DNA of 64,000 nucleotides. Source: Styela clava. Lineage: Eukaryota. The notes below the pieces were generated by a model. That model was given only the letters and a program-made list of their open reading frames with translations. It was not told the DNA's origin and made no database searches. The stretch is from positions 15,314,001 through 15,378,000 of the forward strand of contig NC_135252.1 of assembly GCF_964204865.1 (NCBI RefSeq). Direction: 5' to 3'. Position 1 is the first letter of the stretch, and each line of letters opens with the position of its first letter. The position numbers were made by a program, and so were the translations under genes. Of this stretch, positions 38,801-49,954 are shown in pieces.

Positions 38801-41800
38801 CACTAACGAGAGGACGACTCGATAACCCATTTTACAATGCGCATGTAATTAAATATAACTTTACCGCCATATATGAAATTAGAACAATTTGTCCACTGTT
38901 GCGTTTTTCCCATTTTTCTGTGTGTTCCTTGTTTTGGTTATGTGTTTACGGGAGAGTCAAAATAAACTTACTAACTTTAAATTAATATTGTGTTAACGAT
39001 AGTACTTGCGAAAATTGTTGGTCATTTTTTCAGATTTGCACAATTTACTATGTCGATTACACCCAATACCAATTGAATTTTTTGTATACCAGAAGGTCTA
39101 TGAATGGATGAATAACATTTCTCTCTTTAACTATTACTAAATTTCCAGTTGTTTTTAATGGAAGTGTCTCATACATGGCTACTAAGTTATTTATTATCTA
39201 TCTATGCAGACTTCCGACCTGTTGCTGTCTCTGTAGACTGGGTGAATTTCAACATTTTTGTGACAAGTTCGTCCTCTGGTAATCACGCGTGGAAATCTCC
39301 TGCTGTAAATCTCATAGCACTCACTAATGAAATGTTTGTAAAAGCAAAAAATAATATCGTTGATCCAGACTTCAAGCGACTAATCACGGACGGCCTAAAA
39401 GAACCTGTTGCGATCGCCCTATGTCCATCGAAAGGGTAAGTTTTAGACACGGATTGCGATAATCTATAAAGTAAAGGGCCTGTGACGGATATTTCATCTG
39501 TAAATTGAGAATGATGGTATTTATGTTATATACTAGAATCCAATTCGATTTTTCTGAATTAATCTACCTTGTCCTCAAACTTCGATGAACCTAACATTTT
39601 AGTCACCCTTACATAAATTGGCATTTATTATTTCATGATCACATTCAGATCATGGTCGTCTGAAGACCCATAAGTACAACATTGCTATAGCTTATAAGTT
39701 TTACTAATTACACTACCACCTTTTTTAGAATCATGGTGGTTGCCGATGCGGGCGACGCGAATGGTAATGGTCGTCGAATATTCCTTGCTAACATGGATGG
39801 AAGCAATATAAGGAATATTGTAACAAATAATCTACTTCCACCTACCGACGTCATAATTGACGATGTTCAGAATGCCGTCATTTGGTCAAGTTACAATAAA
39901 GAAATTTCAGAGGCTAAAATTGAGACAATAACTTTAGACGGGACACAGCGCGGTGTATGCTTTTTTCTTAAAAATAAGTATCCTGTATTGCTGTATGGAA
40001 GCTCATTTCATGTTTTTGAATTTCATGTAGCTGATTTAGAGTTATCTAGTAATCCATTTAAATGTACCGAGTCACTGGTTTTAAAATTGACCTAAGTCAA
40101 CCCTACAATAATTGATTTAAAATGTTTTAACAACTACATATTCTTGTTAGGCGTATCAACAATTGATAAATGAAATCGATGTCACCAATTTAGATACTTT
40201 TTCAGGTTTTAGCTTGGGTCGAAAAACCTAGATTGAAAAGCAATGTACGCGTATTGGAAATATGAAATATATATATAATATGCTAATGAGACTATTCTTT
40301 TTCAGACTATATTGTCCCGTAAGTTGAATCGTTTTCCCTTGGAACCTGTTTCAATCGACTTTTTCGAGGGAAGATTGTACATTTCTGACAAACAGTCAAA
40401 AGAAGTGAGATCTTGGAACGTCGGTGAAATTTCATTGTATGGGAGGGAAAACACAATGTACGATAGCAAAGGTGTAGTTAAGCTCGAACATAAAATGAGA
40501 TTGGGAGCCATAAAAATAGCACATCCTGTTCTGCAGAGACCAACTACTGGTATGTATGTTACTTTCATTCTGTAACACACAAAATGTTGATGTACTTTTC
40601 TTGTCTTTTAATTCATGTTTGATATTAGGAAAGTCTTTTTACAGGCGGAAGTTTGTGCATGTCAGCTGGGTGCAGCCAATTGTGTGTTGTTACCTTTATC
40701 GAAACGAACAAACTCATTGATGATGAAAATTTAAAAGCAAAATGTTTCTGCTCAGAGGGTTACCAGCTCTCGAAGAATTTCAAAAATTGCTCTCGGGGTA
40801 CGTAATTATTTATTTCTGCTATGAAGCATCTGACAAAAATCCACGAATAATTTATTTCTTATGCTATATTTTTTTAATCCGATTGGACGATATTTTTTTA
40901 TTCTGATTGGACGTAACCAGAAATGAATATTTAAATGCAAACGTGACTATCCAGTTACAATCTGTTAGTAGTTATTTTATTTATTTTTATACCCATTTTT
41001 TATGATAAATATCGCCACAACCTACCGAGTTGAATAAAATAACATGAATCTCATCACATATTGCTAGGGACTCGCAGGCCCACGTGTGCGCGGCATTTCG
41101 AAGTCTCGAAATATCTTTTTTATTCATTACAGGGCAAGCGGATAGTTCAAGGTCTCCACTTTCATCGACGGTGTTGAAAAGCGTTACCCCTCCTACGATG
41201 GGTGTATTCATTCCTAAATCGAACACCGAGATTTCAATAATAAAGACGCCGTCAGAAACAAAAGTTACATGTAGAAGCCCCGGGCCGTTTTACAACGCTA
41301 TTTCAGTCCCGGAAGAATTGCCATCGCATCGGAAGCTTCCTGTTGGAACTCTGGTTCGGATTTCATGCTTAGCTGGATATTTCATGCAAAATGGTGAGAT
41401 GCCCTTTGTTTGCTTGTTTTGGTGGGGATGGGTCCTGGCACGGCGACGTTGTTTTTCTAAATATTCAAATGTCAATGAATTATTTTAGACTATGGAGTAT
41501 CGCGGAAAACGAAAGATCACATTGAATGCTTGGGTACAGGGAAATGGAGTGCTCCACCACCCAAATGCGTTGTAATGACTGAACTGCCAGTTCACCGAGA
41601 AAGCATGATGAAAACACCACACATATCAACCGTCTTGGACAGGTTGACCAGCGGAATGAAGTCGATGATAAATTCAGCTAAGAAATCCGGAACATCAAAA
41701 ACGACACTTTGTATATCTTTGAATTGTGGACCTTGGGGAAAATGCGTTCTGAACGATAACGAAGGTAATGGATATACTGACATTTTTATGTGTCCCGCGC

Positions 41801-43119
41801 ACGTGTAACGGCGCTCCAGAAGTATGTGTATCAATATTGCGGTAACTAATTTTGTTCGCCTGTTTTACATCAATTTTGTAAAGGGACTGAAACATATGGA
41901 CAAGGGGATATTTACTTGGCTAACACAGGCAGTCCCCAAACTCGTAATAGAACTAAAACACATAAAATTGTAATAAAATTATGGCCTAACTCTAAACCTG
42001 GTACTCATACTTTGGGTACGTCTATTCTAAATTTTAAATCGTGTTGATCTGTTGCAAATTGATACAGGAAAACATTTTATTTTCGGGTTTCAGAATACGA
42101 GTGTCGGTGTAAATATGGTGAGTCGTCGTCTAATATAGCAAGATGTCTTCCTCCAAAAAATTATGTGATTGCAAAAAATACTACAGTCTTGCAAAACAAC
42201 ACTAACCCAGCTTCGTCCTCCACTTCAAATTCAAAGCTGATGATTGCCTTGATAATCGTTGCTGTCATCCTATTTTTTGTTTTAGTTTTTCTCTCTTGGA
42301 GATGCTTACGGTACGTATAGTAGAATAATGTACTGCTTGATTCTACTGAATTCAAACGACTATATTGTTAATAAATAAAAATATAAGATAAAATATATCT
42401 ACGGTGAGAAACATAACCACGTTAGCTACCAGCTTTCTTTTCCATTCAAATGCATAATCAGGCTTCCTTAGAGACGTGTTGTAGAGACTAAATGTTTTTT
42501 TTTCTTTTTAACCCGTGTAGTAAGAAGAGATACAGCGTAGATCTCCGATACTTTCGTGGAGGAACTCCGCAGCGTTCCCCGATCAGTACAAAAGATGATG
42601 TCGTGGTCGAGGTGTCAGTGGACGGTAGTTTGTTTACGTTTGATTTAAGTTGCATGGTTTTGGTAGTAATAAATTGGAGTCTACGATTTACTAATAAATA
42701 GTATTTTTTTTGTTTTCGACGCAGGGAAGCCGACTTCTATCACAAATCCCAACTATAGTTCACCAAGTCAGCGGAAGAAACTTCCAAAACCTGTCTACTA
42801 CGATGATGGAAGCGTAAGTATATATTTTATCTTTTCATTAAACTTTCATCGCGCCTGGACAACAAACGATTTTTACGTGTCGCCTGAATTTTCACAGGAC
42901 AGTGGCATTCAGCAGTCGCTTGCCGGTTCGGAATCCGTATCCTCAACAACCAGTGAAAACTCAGCATGTGAAGGAAGTTCAAAATCATGCAAAGAAGAAA
43001 CGCATAATCCTACCAATATCTCACCATTGTTGGACGATGAAATATACGAAGATGAGGTTGCAATGGGGGATGTGAGCATTGGAAGTAGGTGCCTTTTTAT
43101 GTCAAAACTTAAACTGTAA
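32865..43119 (+). CDS. LDL-receptor-family type I membrane protein: signal peptide, 5 LDLa, EGF-EGF(Ca), YWTD propeller, EGF, S/T linker, CCP/Sushi, EGF, TM, NPxY tail
   Basis: Phase-consistent exons 32865-32943, 33370-33468, 35448-35572, 36130-36281, 37153-37277, 37361-37604, 37697-37911, 38342-38465, 38651-38760, 39210-39435, 39729-39954, 40306-40549, 40645-40797, 41133-41393, 41489-41764, 42094-42310, 42521-42624, 42725-42813, 42898-43119. Motifs: CDG..DC.DGSDE repeats, [42 protein letters not shown]. Confidence 0.9.
34077..34273. mobile_element. MITE (GG termini, ~8-bp TSD)
   Basis: TIR GGTTGCCGTACATTTGAACCCACG / CGTGGGTTCAAATGTACAGTCACC, flanked by AACTAATC/AATTAATC. A related degenerate copy lies at ~32000-32290. 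Confidence 0.7.
34991..35375 (+). mobile_element. tRNA-derived SINE, full length, with duplicated 3' tail
   Basis: Pol III A-box-like head and B-box GTTCGAATCCC. Body is colinear with 37949-38254. Tail gataaatatgtaaat occurs twice; further fragments at 30852, 36955 and 53385. Confidence 0.85.
36955..37085 (+). mobile_element. SINE 3' fragment
   Basis: agtccatgcat...tggctggcctatcc...ttatcggctttcct matches the SINE 3' region. Confidence 0.55.
37949..38254 (+). mobile_element. tRNA-derived SINE copy
   Basis: aatacgcttgccaccgcacct, gttcgaatc, ggactcctcgccg and catcaagtccatgc shared with 34991-35375. Confidence 0.85.
41810..42019 (-). mobile_element. MITE, inverted relative of 50491-50690 and 59095-59329
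   Basis: GGCGCTCCAGAAGT...aattatggcctaactctaaacctggtac is the reverse complement of the 50491-50690 copy. Confidence 0.7.
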
Positions 43120-43171
43120 TAAATCAAAGAAGTAGGTGCCTTTTTATGTCAAAACTTAAACTGTAATAAAT
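43082..43171 (+). repeat. 47-bp tandem duplication spanning the LDLR-like stop codon
   Basis: gaagtaggtgcctttttatgtcaaaacttaaactgtaataaat at 43082 and 43129. Confidence 0.9.
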
Positions 43172-44763
43172 AAAATTGTAAAATTCTAATATACTCTCCT
43201 ATACTCTGTATTGAGGAAAGCCAAGCAAACAGTCGGTTGCTATTGGTGATGGGGTAATTGTGAAAATATGCATTTAGAATGCGAGTTTAAATTTGAATTG
43301 CTTTCACCATTCAGGTTTGTCAAGATCTGGAAAAGTTGGCCTCGGGGGAAGACTCGGACGTTTATTTAAAATGAGAAAAACTGAGAGCAGAGAGTGCATG
43401 TTGCCCAAAAGAAATCACTGTTCAAGAATACGGTTCACTTCCGATAGCAATGCACCGTAGTTATGGTTACCAGTTTTCAATCTGCCTTCGTCCAATGTGC
43501 GGGGCAAGAAAACTCGTCAAATTGTCTTATTGCTAAAAAATAAGGAGACAAGACTTTCTTCTCGTTTAACTTCTCCTGTCACATTTTCCCCGTCAGTCAC
43601 CTACACAGTGATTGCTCGAAATAAGTTCTCCTGTAATTTAAGAATCATTATCCGAACTAAAATTGCATGTTATTTGTTTTTTCTGGGTAAATACATAATA
43701 TCAACGGGAATTAAATAGTTTATTTGTTACGAAACCGGTAAAACGCCGGCATCAGTGGTATTACTCGTACGCATGTAGGCTATTGCTAACTAAATATACC
43801 GTGGCAGATAATGTGGATTTCTATCGATATATCGGAATGCGATCTGCTACATCGAAAGATGCGCGGTTAACGCACTATGGAAGATGTGCTCTGTAATCAG
43901 CATCGCTGGTGCAATGACTAGAATGATACGGTGGAATGTACGTGCACACCTGCTTCGAAATGTAGAGAAAGGTATACGGTTTCTTCAACTAACCGATTGT
44001 TTAAAAGTGAGGCATCTCACATCGCGGTGAACCTGAGAGTGCACTGTATGCTGAGCAGTGAGCAGTAAGCATAATTTTCGAAAATTTCATGTCTAGCAAA
44101 ATAGGAAATTCGACAGAACACTATCGGTACTTCACGCACCTTTCATATAAAACAGCCCCGAGTCCAAGCGCTGGGTAGGCTGTGTATTTACTAGAATTCA
44201 ATTGCAATATATTTGTTGTGTAGCGTACCGACAGTCTATGAAATAATTATCCAAGTTCAGAATATCTTCCAATATGATCTGACTTCAAATTTCCCCCCAA
44301 TATTCACTTCAAGTTATGCTATTTCATTAATTAACAATCTCAACACAACCGAATACTCCAAACAAAACGACAAGCATACAATAAAGCGACAAGTACCAGG
44401 CAGCGCAATGCAAGAAAACAGAATATACAAAATAAAAACACTTTGAACAATACTGATGATAGCTAATTCCATGACAAAACTGAAAATACAACACTAAATG
44501 AACTGCAATGGCACTGCCCGCAAACAGCAACAGAGTCCCAACATTAGCTCACTGTCCAGTACAAAAACATCCAACAATCACAATCCAACAGTCACAAAAC
44601 CACAAATAAACATCCCCGATAGCCCATCGGAGACCAGAGGCACTTCCTCGGACACTCAAAACCAAACATCCAACCGAAAAACAACCCCACTCGGACAACT
44701 GCACCCTGCTAACCACGACACACGCTAATGGAAATTCATCCTATACCTTTCTAAAAATAACAT

Positions 44764-45113
44764 TTAGTACGGAAATGTGATCTGGATACACATATGCGTA
44801 AACATACCGGTGAACAAAACCGTTCAGTTGCAAAATTTGTGGAAAGAGTTTCAAGGAAAGTTGTACCCTAGGAAGACACTTAAAAACAGTTCATTTCAAT
44901 GTAAAGTCTCACGAATGCAAGATATATGGAAATTCCTTCAAACAACAAAGATATCTAAAGACACATTTAGAAGCAGTTCATGCAAATGACAAGCGCCATG
45001 AATGTGAGATATGTGGAAAAAAGTTTACCTTACGAGGATATGTGAATAACCACATTATGAGAAAGCATTTGAAATGTAACGAGACTCTGGATTCAGGAAA
45101 AGATTTAGCGTAA
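44764..45113 (+). pseudogene. C2H2 zinc-finger gene 3' fragment, frameshifted
   Basis: LVRKCDLDTHMRKHTGE/(2-nt shift)/KPFSCKICGKSFKESCTLGRHLKTVH...HECKIYGNSF...HECEICGKKFTLRGYVNNHIMRKH...*. The TGEKP linker is broken, one zinc-binding Cys is Tyr, and no 5' part is present. Confidence 0.8.
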
Positions 45114-47189
45114 GCAGATAATTGAATCGAACTCCCTGCGAAGAAGAAATGTTTTCAACACCAGATTACGAAAAAATTTCAAAATGAATTTTTGCAATAA
45201 ACGAGTTTTTGCGAATAGAATTACTTTTTTAAATTCAACTTCTGGCGAATTTGCTAATCTTAATCAAGCGAAAGCTAATCCAAAATTATTCGGCCAATTA
45301 AATATTATACAATTTGCCAATTGTATAATATGTAAACTAACAGCTAAAGATTTACCAGACATATTTTTAGGTAAACACGTGCACAACTGGTAAGAAGTTT
45401 TAGTTTTTCTTTTGGTTTTACTCGTATTTGAATGATGTCATTCGTTCAATACAGCTGTGTTTTCTCCAGTGTTTTTTGAGATTGTTTGTTTTGTGCTTTA
45501 ATTGTGATAACTTTTAGTACCTCATGTCAACTTGTGGCTCCTCAAAATTTATTCTGAAATTGTCCCGTGAATTTTATGTAAATAAAGTTTAATAAATGTT
45601 AATTGAAAAATATGATAACACGTAAATAACAGCGAGCGTTTATCAGGCCAATTCTAAGCAAGTTCACACACACACGACTGCTGATAAGATAAACATTTTA
45701 AACATCCATCCAGATGTTATTTGCTTTTGACCAATTGTGAGTAGTAAAGTAGTTTTCGATTTGTTCAAGTTCACTATTGAGGTGCGAATCGCCTGACCTA
45801 CTCAAATTACTTTGCTATCTAAAAACACTGAGACATCATCGAAAATTCGACTACAAAAATTTCTCGCAGTCGCAAAAAGTCGATCTGCAGGAAAAAAATG
45901 ATAGGTGGGGATATAAGCAGTGGTGAGCTGTAGTCGGAACGCACCGGAACGGCGTTCCGGTTGTTGGACATTTTATTGCATTTGCGTTCCTGTTGTTAAA
46001 ATAAAATTATGGTAAAAAAGTCAAGTTTCTTTGGTTAAACTAGTTATTAATTTATGTTTTGTTACATTATATTTTGTTATTCTTTTTACATCACATCACG
46101 CAAAGACTTAGTACAGAAGTAACGTGTAAACTGTAATAGATATTTCCCCGATCTTTGATCCCATGGAAATTCATCCTATACCTTTCTAAAATAACATTTG
46201 TATTGAATTGCTATAAATATTTCTCGTGATTCTACACAGACATATCTCAGATAATTTCTCCATATTTCATTGCAGTTCTTCGACTCTATTTTAGGACAGT
46301 CAAAACATTCTGTCAGCGTCGTGTTACATATATTACATTTTTGCGAATTAGGTGCGTTTCGGTTGTTACGATTTTTCCAGCTCATCACTGCCTAATCTCT
46401 GCACCGCTGTGTACCGTTATTCAGCTATTCGGCTGGCTCTGAAACCGTTTATGACATAACAATGCAATTGATGTTCATTTTCGTAACGTCTTTTCTCTTT
46501 CGGAAGTGCGTCTGCAGACTGAAAGTTCTTTGCATTTTATTAGTTCTCGCCTACAATGCGTTGGGAAAACAAAATCTTTCAGACTTGAAATAAAAATCTA
46601 TAAATCTGAAGTAACAATGGGCAGTGTAAAAGTGCCCTTATGTGTTTTAAAGCTGATCAAAAAATATACCACTTCAGAGTGGAATTCCCTTCAAACTCTT
46701 CGGAACCGTAAAATAATTTACCACGTCATACTTAAACGTAATTGGTGTGAGTGTTTTCGTACTCATTTCATAAAATCGAGTGTCATAAAAAGTCCCTGAT
46801 AGAAGCGTAAATATATACTACTACATAGAAATGCTGCATAAGTAAAGGCCAAAACTACACCAACACCAACCGAAGCTTATGAGATTTGTTTCAGGAGTTT
46901 TTTTCAGATACGAACATTGATAAAATATTTGTGACCCTCTCCCTTTCTGTTCCGCGATAAAAATATAATTTTTGACCCATTCATTGAAAAAGGTTCGCCA
47001 TCCCTGTACTAGGCTATAATTCTCCATCGGTAGGTATTTTTAAACCGCGTGTGTCATGGATATTTTGAATAATAAAAATGACGGTTTAAAACTTGTAATC
47101 CATGTTGTAAGCGCCAACTCACAAAATAAGCATTGGAAATTTTGCAATGGTAAATTTTCCCGAGGTCAAAGGTCGGAAAAACATTCATA

Positions 47190-47265
47190 TGATACATGTG
47201 TAGTGCAAAGCCCATATACACCCGTTCATATCGATACATGTGTAGTGCAAAGCCCATATACACCA
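47190..47265. repeat. 42-bp-period tandem repeat
   Basis: gatacatgtgtagtgcaaagcccatatacacc occurs twice, plus a partial third unit. Confidence 0.85.
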
Positions 47266-47534
47266 ATGTGTAGTGCATTGGGCTATGTTTACTTATAAGG
47301 TACCGTATCTGTATATTCCCTTCTAATCATTTGAGTGAATGAAGACACCCGACACCGATAGTTCTTAAAATAGCAAGCGTCATAAAAATGGTCCCCTGTC
47401 TGCCTGTATTCAGGTATTGCGAAATGATGGGAGTAGTCTACCGGTACCGGTATTAGGTTGTATTAATCTTAAGATAGGATCCTTCATTTCACTCCTAATT
47501 TGCTTTGAGAGCAGAGGTCCCGGTAGGCTAAAAC

Positions 47535-48297
47535 ATGAAAAGAAATATTGAAGAAAATATTCATACAAGAACGAGCATAGATAAACAATTTCAAAAAAAT
47601 AGGGGAGTCAACAGAAGAGAAAGAGAAGGATTTGCATTGGCGTAAGGTGGTTTCAGAAAATCTTAACTGCATCATGACTGTTCTTTATTCCAAAAATGAG
47701 GCAGACGCTATTTTCAGAGAAATTGAAGACACAGTTGAGTACAACACCGGAAAACTGGCTAAAGTACAGATGTATGGAAAGTGGATAAACATTCCGAGGA
47801 AACAAACGGCATTTGGGGATGAAGGGCTCACCTACACATTTTCTGGCAACACAATTCCAGCCAAACCATGGCCACCTTATTTGTTGAAAGTTAAAAACAG
47901 AGTCGAGCATGCTCTATCTGACAAATGGATATTTAATTTTGTCTTAATCAATTACTATAAAGATGGAAACGATCATATTGGTGAGCATAGAGATAATGAA
48001 AAAGACTTGGACAGAATGGCACCGATTGCATCACTTTCTCTAGGCCAGACAAGAGATTTTGTATTTCGCCACAAAGATGCTAGAGGTGGACAAAAACGTC
48101 GAAAAGACCTTAAATCAGTCACAGTTCCATTGACAAATGGATGCTTATTTGTTATGAATCCTCCAACAAATGACTTTTGGTATCACTCCTTGCCAGTGAG
48201 AAAGAGAGCATCTTTTCCTCGTATTAACCTGACATTTAGAGTTATGAAACAGAAAACTGAACAAAAAATCCCCAAGCACACATTGTCTTTTTCTTAA
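47535..48297 (+). CDS. ALKBH2: DNA oxidative demethylase ALKBH2 (start uncertain; apparent +1 frameshift in the A7 run at 47593-47599)
   Basis: WRKVVSENLNCIMTVLYSKNEADAIF...PRKQTAFGDEGLTYTFSG...NFVLINYYKDGNDHIGEHRDNE (HxD)...WYHSLPVR...RINLTFR. The homologous frame is open from 47581. The only upstream ATG (47535) is in another frame. Confidence 0.92.
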
Positions 48298-49108
48298 GCA
48301 CGAATTGACAAAACTAATGGCCAAAAACTGTTTAATTATCCTTGATTGTTTCTTATTTCTATAGATTTCACTCCCTCATGGCTGTTTTCCTGATCGAATC
48401 GACATGAACTACTTTTACTTTTAGTCTTGTGTCAATTGGTATTCATTAACACACAATTCTCCTATATGATTCTTCATACTTGCTCTTCTTAAGTGGTCAG
48501 CTGTAACATCGCATAGATCAGTCTCCTCGGTGTCTGAGGTAGTGAGCGTTACCTTGTTTTGATCAAGTGATTACCGTAACAAGGCACTATTCCCCAACAC
48601 CTTCAGTCCAAAACACACTGACGGAGCACTTGAGTTTATTGTATTCTGCATCAAATTGGCTATGTTGCTCACATCAATATAAGTAGTATAAATGTTTTTT
48701 TTTAGAAAGGATGAAGTCTCATAAATACTATATGTCATATTATACAAGCTCGGCATTACTGCAGATTATAAAAACTCAAGTTAATTAACACTTTATTAAT
48801 AGGCATGGAAATGTAGAAATGGTGATCTCTTTTTTGTTTCAAAGCCCTCAAGCTATCTGTTATATTCTATTCATGTAATATTAAGTTTCATATTCACTAT
48901 TAAAATCTTCAAGTCTCTTTCAAACTTTAATTAAGCTACAAAGATTTCTTAGAACCCAATACTTTCCAGCTCCAGTGGTCCAGGTAATATACAGAATGTT
49001 CTGGTATTAATGATTTTCTTATTACTCTATTACTTTTGTTTTTTATTCTTCCATTGACAAATTATCAACAACTATTAAACTATTCCTCTTCCATGTTGTT
49101 ACAGTATT

Positions 49109-49954
49109 ATGGATATTCCACCAAGTTTTTGTTGCATCAGGATAAAATTTGATGATACTACTACCTGTGTGCATGATCTATTGTATAAAGAAAACAAGAC
49201 TCGGACAGAGGATATAAACAAACCTAAGAATCGTACATTGTTGGTAACAAATGTGCCGCCATATTGTACTGAAGGAAATTTACGAAGATATTTTTCTAAA
49301 TTTGGGGAAGTTGAAAATGTAACATTAGAAAGAAAACTTGGTAACGACGTGTCCGGATTAGTTTCAAAGACAATATTGGACAAGCCAACAATAGATGATT
49401 TAAAATTTTTCCAATCATGTGACGCTACACATGGATTCTGCTATGCATTTGTTGTTTTCAAAGATACAGAATCATTGACTAATTCTTTACGAGGTGCTGG
49501 CAAGCCTGTTAACAAACAAACTGTTTTTGTTTTGTCCAACAAGGAAAAACCTGTAGCAGTTGGTATGAAAAAGTGGGTTAGGCAATATATCAAACAATTT
49601 CCGAACAAAAGTTTGCTTCAGAATAACATTGATAAGTACATGGAAAATTATGATAGGGCTTTGCAGAAAGCTACAGAAAAGGAAGAAAATGCTGCGGAGG
49701 AAGCTGATGAAGATGGTTGGGTGAAAGTGACAAGAAAAGGTAAAAATCCGGTCATCGCGAGAACGGAAGCGAATCAACTTAAAGCGAAAGCCAAAGAAAA
49801 GATGAGAAGAAAAAGAAAGGACTTGCTGAATTCATACTCCTATCAAATTAGAGAATCAAAACGTGAAAAAATAGCTGAACTGCGGAAAAAATTTGAGGAA
49901 GATAAAGAGCGTGTTCAGCAAATGAGAGATTCAAGAAGATTTAGACCATTTTAA
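49109..49954 (+). CDS. RRP7A: Ribosomal RNA-processing protein 7 homolog A, single coding exon
   Basis: RRM start RTLLVTNVPPYCTE, DEDGWVKVTRKG, and C-terminal RRP7 domain YSYQIRESKREKIAELRKKFEEDKERVQQMRDSRRFRPF. Confidence 0.96.
   Translation: MDIPPSFCCIRIKFDDTTTCVHDLLYKENKTRTEDINKPKNRTLLVTNVPPYCTEGNLRRYFSKFGEVENVTLERKLGNDVSGLVSKTILDKPTIDDLKFFQSCDATHGFCYAFVVFKDTESLTNSLRGAGKPVNKQTVFVLSNKEKPVAVGMKKWVRQYIKQFPNKSLLQNNIDKYMENYDRALQKATEKEENAAEEADEDGWVKVTRKGKNPVIARTEANQLKAKAKEKMRRKRKDLLNSYSYQIRESKREKIAELRKKFEEDKERVQQMRDSRRFRPF

Noticed and set aside
44213-44728. AC-rich ORFs resembling decayed LINE ORF1
   Set aside because: Only the composition is suggestive; no diagnostic motif is intact.
46506-46799. 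ORF as a possible first coding exon of ALKBH2
   Set aside because: No plausible phase-matched acceptor with a pyrimidine tract in the ALKBH2 frame, and no homology.
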